Below, in pieces: positions 17,163 through 26,974 of a stretch of DNA of 64,000 nt (the stretch's first letter is position 1; each line of letters starts with the position of its first letter). The DNA comes from Candidatus Poseidoniales archaeon (GTDB lineage Archaea; Thermoplasmatota; Poseidoniia; Poseidoniales; Poseidoniaceae), in NCBI GenBank assembly GCA_038150305.1, contig JAYOTG010000003.1, positions 2,893 to 66,892 of the forward strand, given 5' to 3'. The notes under the pieces were generated by a model. It saw only the letters and a program-made list of their open reading frames with translations, was not told the DNA's origin and ran no database searches. The position numbers and the translations under genes were made by a program.

Positions 17163-18635
17163 TCAGCCCTTCACCACGACGCGCGGCGAAAGCCTCGCCA
17201 CGCGCCGCGCAAGTTCCGCACGCTCGGTGGCATCAACGACATCATCAACCGGTTTGTAGGCCTCAGGGGCTTCTTCGGCCAACCCGCGCTCGGTCCCGTG
17301 CTTGAGGTGTACTCCAGAGGCCTGCAAGCGCTCCATCACATCCTTCACGTCAACTTGCGCACGTGCTGCGGCCCGTGACAATCGCCGCCCTGCACCATGG
17401 CAGGACGAGCCAAAGGCCGGGTTCATGTCCTGCTTCGGGCCGGCCAGCAGCCATGATCCTGTGCCCATGTCGCCAGGGACGAGGACAGGTTGGCCCGTCG
17501 ATGTGTGCTCAGGGCAGAGTTCCTCATGCTGACCAGGGAAGGCTCGAGTCGCACCTTTTCGATGCACGCTGCACATGCACCGCTTCCCGTCAATGACGTG
17601 TTCCTCGTCCTTCGCGATGTTGTGCGCAACGTCGTAGACGGTGGTCCATTCGACGGCGGTTCGCGTATGAGCTTCCAACGCGGTGATGAGGCGCTGCGCC
17701 AAAACCGCCCTGTTTGCGAAGGCGTAGTTGGCCGCAGCACCCATCGCGCCAAGGTATGCCTCAGCCTCAGGGGAGTGCCGAGGTGCAGCGGCCAACTGAC
17801 GGTCTGGAATCCACCAGTCGTATCCTTCATGGCGCCACCCACCGTCTTCGGAGACGAATTGACGTTCGAGGTGCCTGACGTGGTCCGTGCACACCTGATG
17901 GCCAAGCCCTCGGCTCCCTGAGTGAATCATCGCGACGAGCTGGCCCTCGTAGAGCCCCCATGCCTCTGCCGTTTCACCGTCGACGACCTCTTCGACGGCT
18001 TGCAGTTCGGCGAAATGGTTGCCGCTGCCCAAGGTGCCCATGCTGGACATGCCGCGCTCTCGGGCCCGTGAAGACACAGCGTCAACGTCAGCGTCCAGGC
18101 GACCGTTGGACTCCAAACGCCGTAGATCGTCAACGGCGCCGAGCCCAAGGTCAGCCGCTGCGGCCGCACCTTCCTCGAGGACGTTCGTCAAATCCTGTGC
18201 GGAGAGGTCCACGCCGCCACGTCCTGACGTGCCTGAAGGGACACGGCCGCCGAGGCGTCGGGCGAATTTCGCAGGGTCGGGAAGGTCATCGGCCATCATG
18301 TCGAAGGACAGCATTCGAACGCCACAGTTGATGTCAAAACCGACCGCGCCAGGGCTGACCGCGCCGCCTTGCTCACCCGCGTCATGATCGGTGGCAAGGA
18401 CGCCACCGATGGGCAAGCCGTACCCGAAGTGGTGGTCGGCCATGGCCCACACACGACCCACTGCCCCCGGTAGGGATGCAGCGTTCACCAGTTGTTCTGG
18501 AGCCCGCTCATCACCGTCGAGCAGGGCTTGAAGATCCGAAGCGACGATGGCTGCATCGGTCACCATGCGTCCGTGCTTGGCGATGCCGATCACGCCGGGG
18601 CCCAAGGGCTCCACGTGATTCCGCCACTCCGCCAT
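17163..18635 (-). CDS. rtcB: RNA-splicing ligase RtcB
   Basis: 490 aa with GSGNHFAELQ, HSGSRGLGHQV, PGDMGTGSWLL and SSCHGAGRRLSR. Confidence 0.95.
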   Translation of the reverse strand: MAEWRNHVEPLGPGVIGIAKHGRMVTDAAIVASDLQALLDGDERAPEQLVNAASLPGAVGRVWAMADHHFGYGLPIGGVLATDHDAGEQGGAVSPGAVGFDINCGVRMLSFDMMADDLPDPAKFARRLGGRVPSGTSGRGGVDLSAQDLTNVLEEGAAAAADLGLGAVDDLRRLESNGRLDADVDAVSSRARERGMSSMGTLGSGNHFAELQAVEEVVDGETAEAWGLYEGQLVAMIHSGSRGLGHQVCTDHVRHLERQFVSEDGGWRHEGYDWWIPDRQLAAAPRHSPEAEAYLGAMGAAANYAFANRAVLAQRLITALEAHTRTAVEWTTVYDVAHNIAKDEEHVIDGKRCMCSVHRKGATRAFPGQHEELCPEHTSTGQPVLVPGDMGTGSWLLAGPKQDMNPAFGSSCHGAGRRLSRAAARAQVDVKDVMERLQASGVHLKHGTERGLAEEAPEAYKPVDDVVDATERAELARRVARLSPRVVVKG

Positions 18636-18722
18636 GGTCGGTGCTGTTCTCCCGCTGCCTTCACGCTTTGGACGGGCGAGGCTTCAAGGAGCGGTGGTGT
18701 GACCAAGCGTCGGGGAGCGACG

Positions 18723-21563
18723 ATGGACGGCCTCAAGTTCCAGACCCTCATCGACCGCGGCTACGACCGTCGGACCTGCGAGGTCAGCGGCTTGCCGTAC
18801 TGGTCAGTCGATCCGAACCGGACTACGAGCGGTGACACCGACCAGGACCCGTACACCTTCATCGGCCATCCGATCCTTCCCGGTTTCGATGAGCGTGGGC
18901 ATGCGCTCAAAGAGCGGATGCGTGAGGCCTTCCTCTCGGCCTTTGAAGCCACGGAACACACGCGTGTTGAACCCTATCCTGTCCTGGCACGGTGGCGCGA
19001 CGACATCCACCTGACGATCGCGTCCATCGCGGACTTCCAGCCTCACGTGACCAGCGGTCTCGCGGAACCGCCTGCCAATCCACTGACCATTTCCCAGCCG
19101 TGCATCCGCTTGACGGACGTCGACGCCGTCGGACGTTCTGGACGGCACCTGACCACCTTCGAAATGATGGCGCACCACGTCTTCAACCGGCCAGACGACG
19201 GCGTCGAGCATTACTGGATCGAGACGTGCGTTGACCTGTGCCACCGCCTGTTGACTGACACCTTTGGCATCGACCCAAACGAGGTCACCTACGTCGAGAA
19301 CCCTTGGAGCGGAGGCGGAAACGCAGGCGCTGCCGTTGAGGTGATTGTGGGAGGATTGGAGCTCGCAACGCTCGTGTTCATGGACCTCGAAGAGCATCCT
19401 GAGGGCGACGTCGAAATCAAGGGACTTCGCTACCGGACGATGCCACTGCAAATCATCGACACAGGGTATGGACTGGAACGCTTCTGCTGGGCGGCGGCAG
19501 GAACGCCAACCATCTACGAAGCCATCTATCCTGAATCCGTGACGTGGCTCAAGTCCTTGGCCCGCTTTGACGACGTTCTGGCTCAGCACCAAGGCATCGA
19601 TGTCGCTCGCCTGCTCGGAGAATTGAGCCGGTTGAACGGCATCATGAACATCGAAGCAGGTGTTGACGCTGATGCGCTACAAGCAACGCTGATCGAACGC
19701 TTGGCTGAATCCGGTGTTGACGTGGATCCAGAGGTCCTCTCCGCAGTGACCGAGCCCTTGGCCCGCATCTACGCGATCCCCGACCACCTCCATGCCTTGG
19801 CGCACATGCTCGGTGACGGTCTCGTGCCTTCAAACGCCAAGGACGGCTACCTTGCGCGCATGCTCGCTCGGCGGGTCCTGCGCATGGCGAACGAACTCGA
19901 ACTTGGCGTCACACTCGCGGATTTGATGGGCCACCACCTCGATCACCACCTCCCCAACCGGGAGATGAAGCAAACCCGCGAAGGCATGCTGCACATTCTG
20001 GACTTGGAGGAAGCCAGGTACAACGAAATGATGCGAAAGTCAGACCGTCTCGTCCGTAAGGCGTTGGAGTCCACCCCGCTGGACGCAACCGCGGTGCACG
20101 ATGACCTTCTGTTCGAACTCGCTGACGTGCACGGCTTGCAGCCGGAAATCGTGGTTGGTGTCGGTCGCAAGGCCGGTTGGGAACATCTTGTGCTTCGAGC
20201 AGGATTCGCAGCGGAAATGGCGGAGCGTCACGCCCGCTTGGCCAAGGAAGCGGCCTCTTCCACCAAGGACGCAGCTCTGGTCGAGGACCTGCCCGACCTC
20301 CCTGAGACCACGCTGCTCTTCTACGACGATGTGCACCTCACCGAAATGGAGGCCAGCGTCCTTGCCTGCAAACCACTTCCTCACAAGGCCGTCGAAGGCG
20401 CCACGCATGCGGTCATCTTGGACAAGACCTGCTTCTACCCTGAAGGCGGTGGCCAAGAGGGCGACCACGGTCGCCTGTCCACCGAAGCCACGGACCGACG
20501 CGTGGTGGACACCCGGAAGCAGGGTGAGCACGTGCTCCATCTTGTCGATGGGCCGATGGAGGTCGGCGACTTGGTGCAGGGCTCCCTCGATGCCGCGCGG
20601 CGCCAGCAATTGATGGATCACCACACCGCTGTTCACATCGTGGGCGGCGCTGCGCGCCGCATCCTAGGTCCCCACATTTTCCAGGCCGGAGCCAACAAAT
20701 CCGTCGACAGCGCACGTCTCGACATCACGCACCACACCCGTTTGCAGCGTGAGGACCTCGATGCGATTGAGCGCCTTGCCAACGACGTGCTGGCTCAGGT
20801 GCAGCGCACGGAGAAGACCGAACTTGACCGCCGTGACGCAGACCGGAAGCACGGGTTCGACCTCTATCAGGGCGGGGCACCGAAGGGCGCCTCGGTTCGA
20901 ATCCTGCGCATCGCCGACCACGACATTCAGGCGTGCGGTGGGACACACCACGACGAGCCCGGTCGCATTGGCTCGATTCGCATCGTGCGTTCCTCGGCCG
21001 TTCAGGACGGTGTGGAACGACTGACCATCGTTGCAGGCCAGGCCGCTTTGCGTTACGCGCGCCAACAAGATGCCCTGCTTCGGGCGGCATCGGAAGCCCT
21101 CAGCGTCACGCCCGAAGATTTGCCTCGAGCCGCTGAGCGGTTTTTCTCGGAGTGGAAGGACCAGCAAAAGCGCATCAAGCGGATGGAACAGGAAATTGCC
21201 AAGTTGCGGACCAGCGGCGGCGACGGCGGTTCCACGATGGTGGATGGCGTCCGCGTCATTGTCCAAGAGGTGGACGCCGACCTGAAACAGCTGACCAACA
21301 TGCTCGGTGCGATGACCCGTGATCCTGAACAACCGACGGTGGCGGTCTTGGGCTCCCGTGAAGGTGGCGGGAAACTCCTCGTCGCCGTGACGGAAGGGAC
21401 GATTGCAGCAGAACGTTACGATGCGGTGACGCTTCTTCGGGCCATTTCACCCCACATTCGTGGCGGTGGCGGCGGTCGTCCGACCTTTGCGCAAGGTGGC
21501 GGATCTCACCCTGACGGGCTTCCGGATGCGCTGGCGGAAGCCAAATCCATGCTCGATGCCTAA
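18723..21563 (+). CDS. alaS: Alanine--tRNA ligase (archaeal type)
   Basis: ISQPCIRLTDVDAVGRSGRHLTTFEMMAHH; editing-domain motifs HHTAVHIVGG and CGGTHHD. The likely start is ATG 18723 (MDGLKFQTLIDRGY). The track ORF extends to 18492 into the rtcB region. Confidence 0.93.
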   Translation: MDGLKFQTLIDRGYDRRTCEVSGLPYWSVDPNRTTSGDTDQDPYTFIGHPILPGFDERGHALKERMREAFLSAFEATEHTRVEPYPVLARWRDDIHLTIASIADFQPHVTSGLAEPPANPLTISQPCIRLTDVDAVGRSGRHLTTFEMMAHHVFNRPDDGVEHYWIETCVDLCHRLLTDTFGIDPNEVTYVENPWSGGGNAGAAVEVIVGGLELATLVFMDLEEHPEGDVEIKGLRYRTMPLQIIDTGYGLERFCWAAAGTPTIYEAIYPESVTWLKSLARFDDVLAQHQGIDVARLLGELSRLNGIMNIEAGVDADALQATLIERLAESGVDVDPEVLSAVTEPLARIYAIPDHLHALAHMLGDGLVPSNAKDGYLARMLARRVLRMANELELGVTLADLMGHHLDHHLPNREMKQTREGMLHILDLEEARYNEMMRKSDRLVRKALESTPLDATAVHDDLLFELADVHGLQPEIVVGVGRKAGWEHLVLRAGFAAEMAERHARLAKEAASSTKDAALVEDLPDLPETTLLFYDDVHLTEMEASVLACKPLPHKAVEGATHAVILDKTCFYPEGGGQEGDHGRLSTEATDRRVVDTRKQGEHVLHLVDGPMEVGDLVQGSLDAARRQQLMDHHTAVHIVGGAARRILGPHIFQAGANKSVDSARLDITHHTRLQREDLDAIERLANDVLAQVQRTEKTELDRRDADRKHGFDLYQGGAPKGASVRILRIADHDIQACGGTHHDEPGRIGSIRIVRSSAVQDGVERLTIVAGQAALRYARQQDALLRAASEALSVTPEDLPRAAERFFSEWKDQQKRIKRMEQEIAKLRTSGGDGGSTMVDGVRVIVQEVDADLKQLTNMLGAMTRDPEQPTVAVLGSREGGGKLLVAVTEGTIAAERYDAVTLLRAISPHIRGGGGGRPTFAQGGGSHPDGLPDALAEAKSMLDA

Positions 21564-22289
21564 TCAGCGCTCGACGTACGCTTTCAGCGCGGCCTTGTCG
21601 AAGTAGGAGACGGCTTGAGCATGGGCTTCCTCGGGTGTGAACCACGCGCCTTCCGCAATTTCCGAGGGTTCGACCTTGATGTCCTGACCTTCGGTTTCGG
21701 TGGACGTGTAGGTGAAGGACAGGAAGGAGAGGCCTCGCCCGTCGAACACGCGTTGGGTCACCACCGGCGCGTACGTGTCAAGGTCGATGTTCAGCCCGAA
21801 TTCCTCGAAGGCTTCGCGAATGCAACCTGCACGCGGGTGTTCATCGTGATCGAGGTATCCTCCAGGGAGCGTCCAGTGGCCCACAAAGTGGCCACGGGCG
21901 ACTCGGCCCATCAGCACTTTTCCATCCCCGTTGATCACAATGGCTTTGCTCACCACACGGTGCAGGCTTCGGTAGACGCTCTCACGGGCCACGGGATGAA
22001 CCGCATTGTCGCTGATGAGGTCGTCTTTCCACGGCCATGATTCGGGCCAGGCGATGTGTGGGTAGGCCTTGAGGACAGTGACGCCGTTCGTCACGTCGTC
22101 GAGGTTGATGCGCCGTGGAGATCCGTGCTCGATGCCCAACGCCTCGACTTCCGCGGGTGTTGGGAAACGAAGCGAAGGGGCATCCGCCAATCGTCCTCGA
22201 TGAGCCGCTTGCGGCCCACGGCCTTGGTCGTCCACCAACAGCACCTTGCCGTCGTGCTCAAGATGAACCACGACGGATGGATGGTCCAT
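21564..22289 (-). CDS. NUDIX hydrolase with an N-terminal extension
   Basis: Nudix box GHWTLPGGYLDHDEHPRAGCIREAFEEFGL. Start taken at ATG 22289 (MDHPSVVVHLEHDGKVLLV). Confidence 0.82.
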   Translation of the reverse strand: MDHPSVVVHLEHDGKVLLVDDQGRGPQAAHRGRLADAPSLRFPTPAEVEALGIEHGSPRRINLDDVTNGVTVLKAYPHIAWPESWPWKDDLISDNAVHPVARESVYRSLHRVVSKAIVINGDGKVLMGRVARGHFVGHWTLPGGYLDHDEHPRAGCIREAFEEFGLNIDLDTYAPVVTQRVFDGRGLSFLSFTYTSTETEGQDIKVEPSEIAEGAWFTPEEAHAQAVSYFDKAALKAYVER

Positions 22290-22371
22290 GAGGTGCTGTT
22301 GACCCCCACCGGCATGAACGATGCGGTCTGACCAGCGCCACCTTCTTGGACGGGACGGGGTATTGCACCGC

Positions 22372-23082
22372 ATGGGCGTCGAACAACTTCACGCGGACCG
22401 ATGGGCGAAGACCTACCTCATCGTTGACGAGGAGGCTGGGGTCGCGTCCTACGTCGACCCGGTGTGGGACACCATCGATGCCGACCTTGCGCTGATTGAA
22501 TCACGTGGGCTCAAGCTGTTGCACGCCATCGCCACGCACACGCATGCGGACCACATCACGGCTTGCTTCGCGATGCGAGAGCGCACGGGGTGCGACTACG
22601 TGATGTGGCATTCGACCGCCTCCCTTGGCGTGAACCGCTTGGTGGGCGAAGAGGATTCCCTGGCGGTTGGCGCGCATACAGTGCGTTTCCACCATGCGCC
22701 GGGTCACACCAACGATTCGATGATCGTCGACGTTGCAGGGCACATCATGACCGGTGACTTCCTGTTCACGGGCGATGGCGGCGTCGGTCGTGATGACCTT
22801 CCGAGCGGTCGTGTTGACGAGCACTGGGAGGCTTTGGCTGTCTTGTCCCGCTTCCCCGGCGAGGCCATCGTCTGCACCGGTCACGACCCACCGGGAACCA
22901 CCATGCAGAGTTTGGCTTGGAATCAAGCGAACAATCCCGTGTTGAACATGTCCTCGCTCGATGAATTTGCGGCGTGGCAATCGGAAACCAGCGCTCGTTT
23001 GGGCGGCGTTTCGAAAATCAAGACAGCGCTTCCTGCGAACATTTTCGCAGAGGTTCCTGAACATGTTCCTTGGCTGGAATGA
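22372..23082 (+). CDS. MBL-fold metallo-hydrolase (glyoxalase II / ETHE1-like)
   Basis: HxHxDH motif THTHADHIT, later APGHTNDS and TGHD. ATG at 22372. Confidence 0.8.
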   Translation: MGVEQLHADRWAKTYLIVDEEAGVASYVDPVWDTIDADLALIESRGLKLLHAIATHTHADHITACFAMRERTGCDYVMWHSTASLGVNRLVGEEDSLAVGAHTVRFHHAPGHTNDSMIVDVAGHIMTGDFLFTGDGGVGRDDLPSGRVDEHWEALAVLSRFPGEAIVCTGHDPPGTTMQSLAWNQANNPVLNMSSLDEFAAWQSETSARLGGVSKIKTALPANIFAEVPEHVPWLE

Positions 23083-23088
23083 GCGCCG

Positions 23089-25662
23089 ATGGCGAAGGGC
23101 TTTCAATCAGCGCACAGGCCCATTCACATGGCCGTTGACCTTCAACGAACCACAGCCGTGATGCTGTTGGCTCTGTTTGTGCTGATGACACTGAGTCCGT
23201 TGGCTGCTGGAAGCCAGACCATGGGTGACCATGAACGGATGGATGCCGCGCTCGAGGAAGCCCTTTGGTCCGCTGAACTCGATGAACGCCTTCCGGTCAT
23301 CGTCCAATTCGAATCCCCGGTCACCGCCAGTGACCGAGCCATGCTGGCACGCCTCGGTGCCACGGTGGAAGGCGAGGCTCCTCTCCTCCATGCCTTGCTC
23401 GTGGAGGCGAATCCTCACGCCACCCGCCAACTCAGCGGGTTCGATCGTGTGCATTACATGGAACTCGATCGTCTCTTGGAATACTTCTACCTCCCAACCG
23501 CGCCCGGAGGAGCACCAACTGGAGACGTTGGTGCTTTGATGCACGAAACCGTCCACGTGGTTGACGCCACCGACGCGTGGCACCGCGTCATTGTGCAACC
23601 TGATGGGTCCATCGCCTACGACCTTGACCTCGGATTCACAGAATGGGACGGAGACGGCACGGCCATTGTCGATCTTGACACCGGCGTGGATGCCGGGCAC
23701 CCTGACTACGACTACCTGGAACCGTGGACCGGTGAGAAGACGCTCTATTCCGCCAAGTGGACGCCGGGTGATGGGTGGGTCGAGACCAGAAATTCGGACA
23801 CCTCCTCCGGTCACGGCACCCACGTCGGTGGAACGATTGCAGGCAACGGTGACGCTTCTGCAGGTCGCCGCGCCGGCGTTGCAAAAGGCGGCCAACTCAT
23901 CGCTCTCGGTGCTGGAGATGGCGCGTCGATTTTCGCCGGTGTGCAGGGACTCGAGTGGACGTACGAGCATTCCCGCCCCGGGGCCAACGAATACCACATC
24001 CGCGTCGTTTCGAACTCATGGGGTTCTGACGGTGACTACGACCCAAACGGAGCGATTGCAACCCTGACGGACAAACTCACCTTCGAGCACAGCGTCGCCG
24101 TCATCTTTGCCGCCTCAAACTCTGGAGGTTCAGGTGCGGAATGCTCTGGAGACCTCCGCACGAACGTCTACGCCAACACGCCCTCTGCCATTTCAGTCGC
24201 GGCCCTCACCCACGACGGCTCCGCCGTGACGTCATTTTCCTCACGTGGCTGCATGGATCAGCAACACACCTGGCCCGATGTGGGCGCACCAGGCCGGGAC
24301 ATTTGGGCCACAGCCCCACGAGGCACGGCCATCGATGCCTCAACCCGAACACAGGGTGACTTGTACTACATGGCCATCTCTGGCACCTCCATGGCCACAC
24401 CGCACGTGGGTGGCATCGCAGGATTGCTCATCGACGTGGCTCCGTCCCTCGGTGTTGCGGACTACCACAGGGACGATCACGACGAAGGCTCAAGCCTGGT
24501 GAACGGTGAGAACGCAGCAGCTTACGGGCAATTCGAAGATTGGGACACCGCCAACTACTCTCGCGTGCACGAAGTGGAACTCATCCTCGAATTGACCTCG
24601 CGATACCAAGGCATGGCCAACAGTTGCGAAGACGGCAACGATGAGGACAGCTGCAACGACATCCCTGAAGCGTGCTACCTCTCAGCGACCGGGCAATGCC
24701 ACGATTGGCGTTTGGGTCACGGTTTAGTGGACGTCGACGCTGCCATGGGCTTGGCACGCACGCTGCAGCAATTGCGCGACCCCAACCTCGACGGCTTCGT
24801 TGACTTCCCTGAGTTCACGGTCTGGGACGCGGCAGAAATCAGCGACGTGATGCTGGGCGAGCGGACCATTCCGGTCAACACGGACCGCGTCAGGCACCAA
24901 TGGAAGGGCGATTGGAACCACTTCAACAACGGTCCCGGAGGGCTGCTTGGTGTGTACACCACCAACGATGCACACCACATGTTCATTCCCAACGGAACGA
25001 CCACCCTCGAGGCGTACTTCACACCGACCGAATACGAACTTGATACCGGTCAGGTCGGAGCCCTGCAACTTCGCATCGACATGGGCGAGGACGGGACCAA
25101 CGACGAGGGCGTAGGGACCCGCGAAAGCGACACGTGGATCTACACCCTTGATGTGGACCCCGCTGATTGGGGCACATGGACGGAGTTCGACGTTGAAGGC
25201 CAAGCCGTCACCGTCTGGGGCGCCGTGCAAGATTCAGAGTTCTTCGAATCGAGCGTCCCCTACACGGTCGATGTGGTGCTCACCCTCGACTTGAGCGAGC
25301 CACGCGACATCGCCTTTGACCAGCGCCCTGGGAGTTACTCTGACCTTGATCCGACCTCGCCGTCCTCTGGATACACTTCGGACATGGACGGACGGTTGAC
25401 GTTCACACGCGGCGTGTTTGACCAAGCCGCCGTCGCCGCTCTGGCCAACGGACTCATCGAGGATGCGACCAGTGAGGAGGACGTGGGCTTCTTTGGTGCC
25501 CTCGCCGACCTGATCATCACCTACACGGGTTCGAGTTTCGTGGCCCTGATGCTGGTCATCCTGCTGGCCCTTGGTGTCAGCACGCTGGTCAGGAACGCGC
25601 GCATCGATACGCCAATCCTGCTCAAGAGCGATGATCCTCTGGACGCGGAACTTGAGGACTGA
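23089..25662 (+). CDS. Secreted subtilisin-like serine peptidase (S8) with propeptide, large C-terminal extension and C-terminal TM anchor
   Basis: 857 aa. N-terminal signal/TM AVMLLALFVLMTLSPLAAG. Triad motifs VDLDTGVDAGHPD, SGHGTHVGGTIAG and SGTSMATPHVGGIAGLL. C-terminal helix FVALMLVILLALGVSTLV. Confidence 0.9.
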   Translation: MAKGFQSAHRPIHMAVDLQRTTAVMLLALFVLMTLSPLAAGSQTMGDHERMDAALEEALWSAELDERLPVIVQFESPVTASDRAMLARLGATVEGEAPLLHALLVEANPHATRQLSGFDRVHYMELDRLLEYFYLPTAPGGAPTGDVGALMHETVHVVDATDAWHRVIVQPDGSIAYDLDLGFTEWDGDGTAIVDLDTGVDAGHPDYDYLEPWTGEKTLYSAKWTPGDGWVETRNSDTSSGHGTHVGGTIAGNGDASAGRRAGVAKGGQLIALGAGDGASIFAGVQGLEWTYEHSRPGANEYHIRVVSNSWGSDGDYDPNGAIATLTDKLTFEHSVAVIFAASNSGGSGAECSGDLRTNVYANTPSAISVAALTHDGSAVTSFSSRGCMDQQHTWPDVGAPGRDIWATAPRGTAIDASTRTQGDLYYMAISGTSMATPHVGGIAGLLIDVAPSLGVADYHRDDHDEGSSLVNGENAAAYGQFEDWDTANYSRVHEVELILELTSRYQGMANSCEDGNDEDSCNDIPEACYLSATGQCHDWRLGHGLVDVDAAMGLARTLQQLRDPNLDGFVDFPEFTVWDAAEISDVMLGERTIPVNTDRVRHQWKGDWNHFNNGPGGLLGVYTTNDAHHMFIPNGTTTLEAYFTPTEYELDTGQVGALQLRIDMGEDGTNDEGVGTRESDTWIYTLDVDPADWGTWTEFDVEGQAVTVWGAVQDSEFFESSVPYTVDVVLTLDLSEPRDIAFDQRPGSYSDLDPTSPSSGYTSDMDGRLTFTRGVFDQAAVAALANGLIEDATSEEDVGFFGALADLIITYTGSSFVALMLVILLALGVSTLVRNARIDTPILLKSDDPLDAELED

Positions 25663-25745
25663 TTCAGCACTCCTGTGTTCTGTTCCGCTGCAAAGGGGAC
25701 CCACTGCACGACAGCGCGTGCTGTGGACGGTCGGATCTGAAGGCT

Positions 25746-26900
25746 TCAGATGGAGGGCCTCTTGGGAATCTCACCGGCCGTGTCCGAGCGGGGCAGGGCC
25801 TCAAGATCCGCAAAGGACATGCCGCCGCTGACCAATTCTTTGGATTGCTCCTTACGTTCGGCCATCGACATCTTTGCGCCAAACACCAGACGCCCCTCAG
25901 CGCGTGTCAGGTCGTAGGAAATCAGCGGTGCGAATTGGTCCATGGCTTGGGTTTCAAACACGTCTCGGACCGACTTCCCTCGGACCAAGGCATAGCCCCA
26001 CTGGTAGGCGAAACCCACCAAAGCCGCACCGTAGAGCACGGCGATGACCACCGCGGAGAAGAGCACGGGGTTGCCGTTCCGCGTTTCCTCCATCATCGCG
26101 CGGACCAGCAGGAGCACCAACCCGAATCCGACCACGGGTTTCAGCAGCGAATCAAGCCAGAGGTCAATGGGCGTCAGCGAAGCATTGGCCGGGTCGGCGA
26201 AGACGAGGTCGGTCTCGAACGCCGCCCCGAGCACGCCAACCAGCGCGAGGAGCACCACGTAGAGCAGGATGGCGATGAGCGCTTGGATGCCGGTCGAATC
26301 GATGCGGAAGGTCCACAGAACAACCAGCCACGCGAACAGGCCCAGGAACGCCAACCTTGGCGCGCCTTGGAAGTGGCGCAGATGATGCGAGAGTTCCATC
26401 ACGTGCTCACGCGATACCTCACCGGTGTCCAACGTCCGGGGGATGTGGATGATTTGCCAATTGGTGACCCGGCGCAAGATGTTCAACGCCGTAGCCAGAA
26501 GGTTGCGCCGGATGAGCAGGAACTCCGTGGCCATGAACACGGGAAAGGCCAGCAGGATGACCGGTGCAGCAAGCAGAAGCGCAATCGGGAAGACGAACAA
26601 GGCGGGAAGGAGGATGAAATGGCCCAGCCCAAGGGGGTAGATCGTGTCCGCCTCGAGGAGCCGCTGACGCTGCGGGCTGATGCCGGCTTCCCTTGCACGA
26701 TCATTGAGGGCCACCCGGAAAGCTTCCAGCGGCATCCCGGCGTGCAGGATTCGACGAACGTCGGCGCGGTAACTCATGTTGTCGATGGAGGAGCCGACCC
26801 GGAGTTGCCACGCGATTCGAAGTGGGAGCGCAAGGAGCACCGGTATGAGCAAAATGCCCAGTGCAGAAGCGAGGGCGTCGATGCCCGGCTCGGTGGCCAC
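25746..26900 (-). CDS. Polytopic integral membrane protein, function unknown
   Basis: 384 aa, GTG start, about 9 hydrophobic segments. The competing plus-strand ORF 25845-27131 is H/R/E/Q-rich, as expected for the antisense of a membrane protein. Confidence 0.65.
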   Translation of the reverse strand: MATEPGIDALASALGILLIPVLLALPLRIAWQLRVGSSIDNMSYRADVRRILHAGMPLEAFRVALNDRAREAGISPQRQRLLEADTIYPLGLGHFILLPALFVFPIALLLAAPVILLAFPVFMATEFLLIRRNLLATALNILRRVTNWQIIHIPRTLDTGEVSREHVMELSHHLRHFQGAPRLAFLGLFAWLVVLWTFRIDSTGIQALIAILLYVVLLALVGVLGAAFETDLVFADPANASLTPIDLWLDSLLKPVVGFGLVLLLVRAMMEETRNGNPVLFSAVVIAVLYGAALVGFAYQWGYALVRGKSVRDVFETQAMDQFAPLISYDLTRAEGRLVFGAKMSMAERKEQSKELVSGGMSFADLEALPRSDTAGEIPKRPSI

Positions 26901-26929
26901 GTGGCGCTCACAACCCCTCTCCCTCTGAA

Positions 26930-26964
26930 TGCATCGGATGCAACCTTCTTGTTCCGTCGGAACA
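26930..26964. promoter_or_regulatory. Two adjacent perfect palindromes, TGCATCGGATGCA and TGTTCCGTCGGAACA, upstream of the serA-like gene
   Basis: Coordinates 26930-26942 (6-1-6) and 26950-26964 (7-1-7), inside a 74-bp divergent spacer. Confidence 0.35.
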
Positions 26965-26974
26965 GGCCACCACC

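Noticed and set aside
18492-18722. N-terminal extensions suggested by the track for alaS (18492), dtdA (7587), the aminotransferase (38445), valS (35059), topA (58514) and others.
   Set aside because: The extensions overlap neighbouring genes, are R/G/P-rich, and precede internal ATGs that give canonical family N-termini.
17163-21563. The idea that rtcB, archease and endA form one operon or system.
   Set aside because: They are 42-45 kb apart, on different strands, and separated by unrelated housekeeping genes. Only co-location at the tens-of-kb scale is supported.
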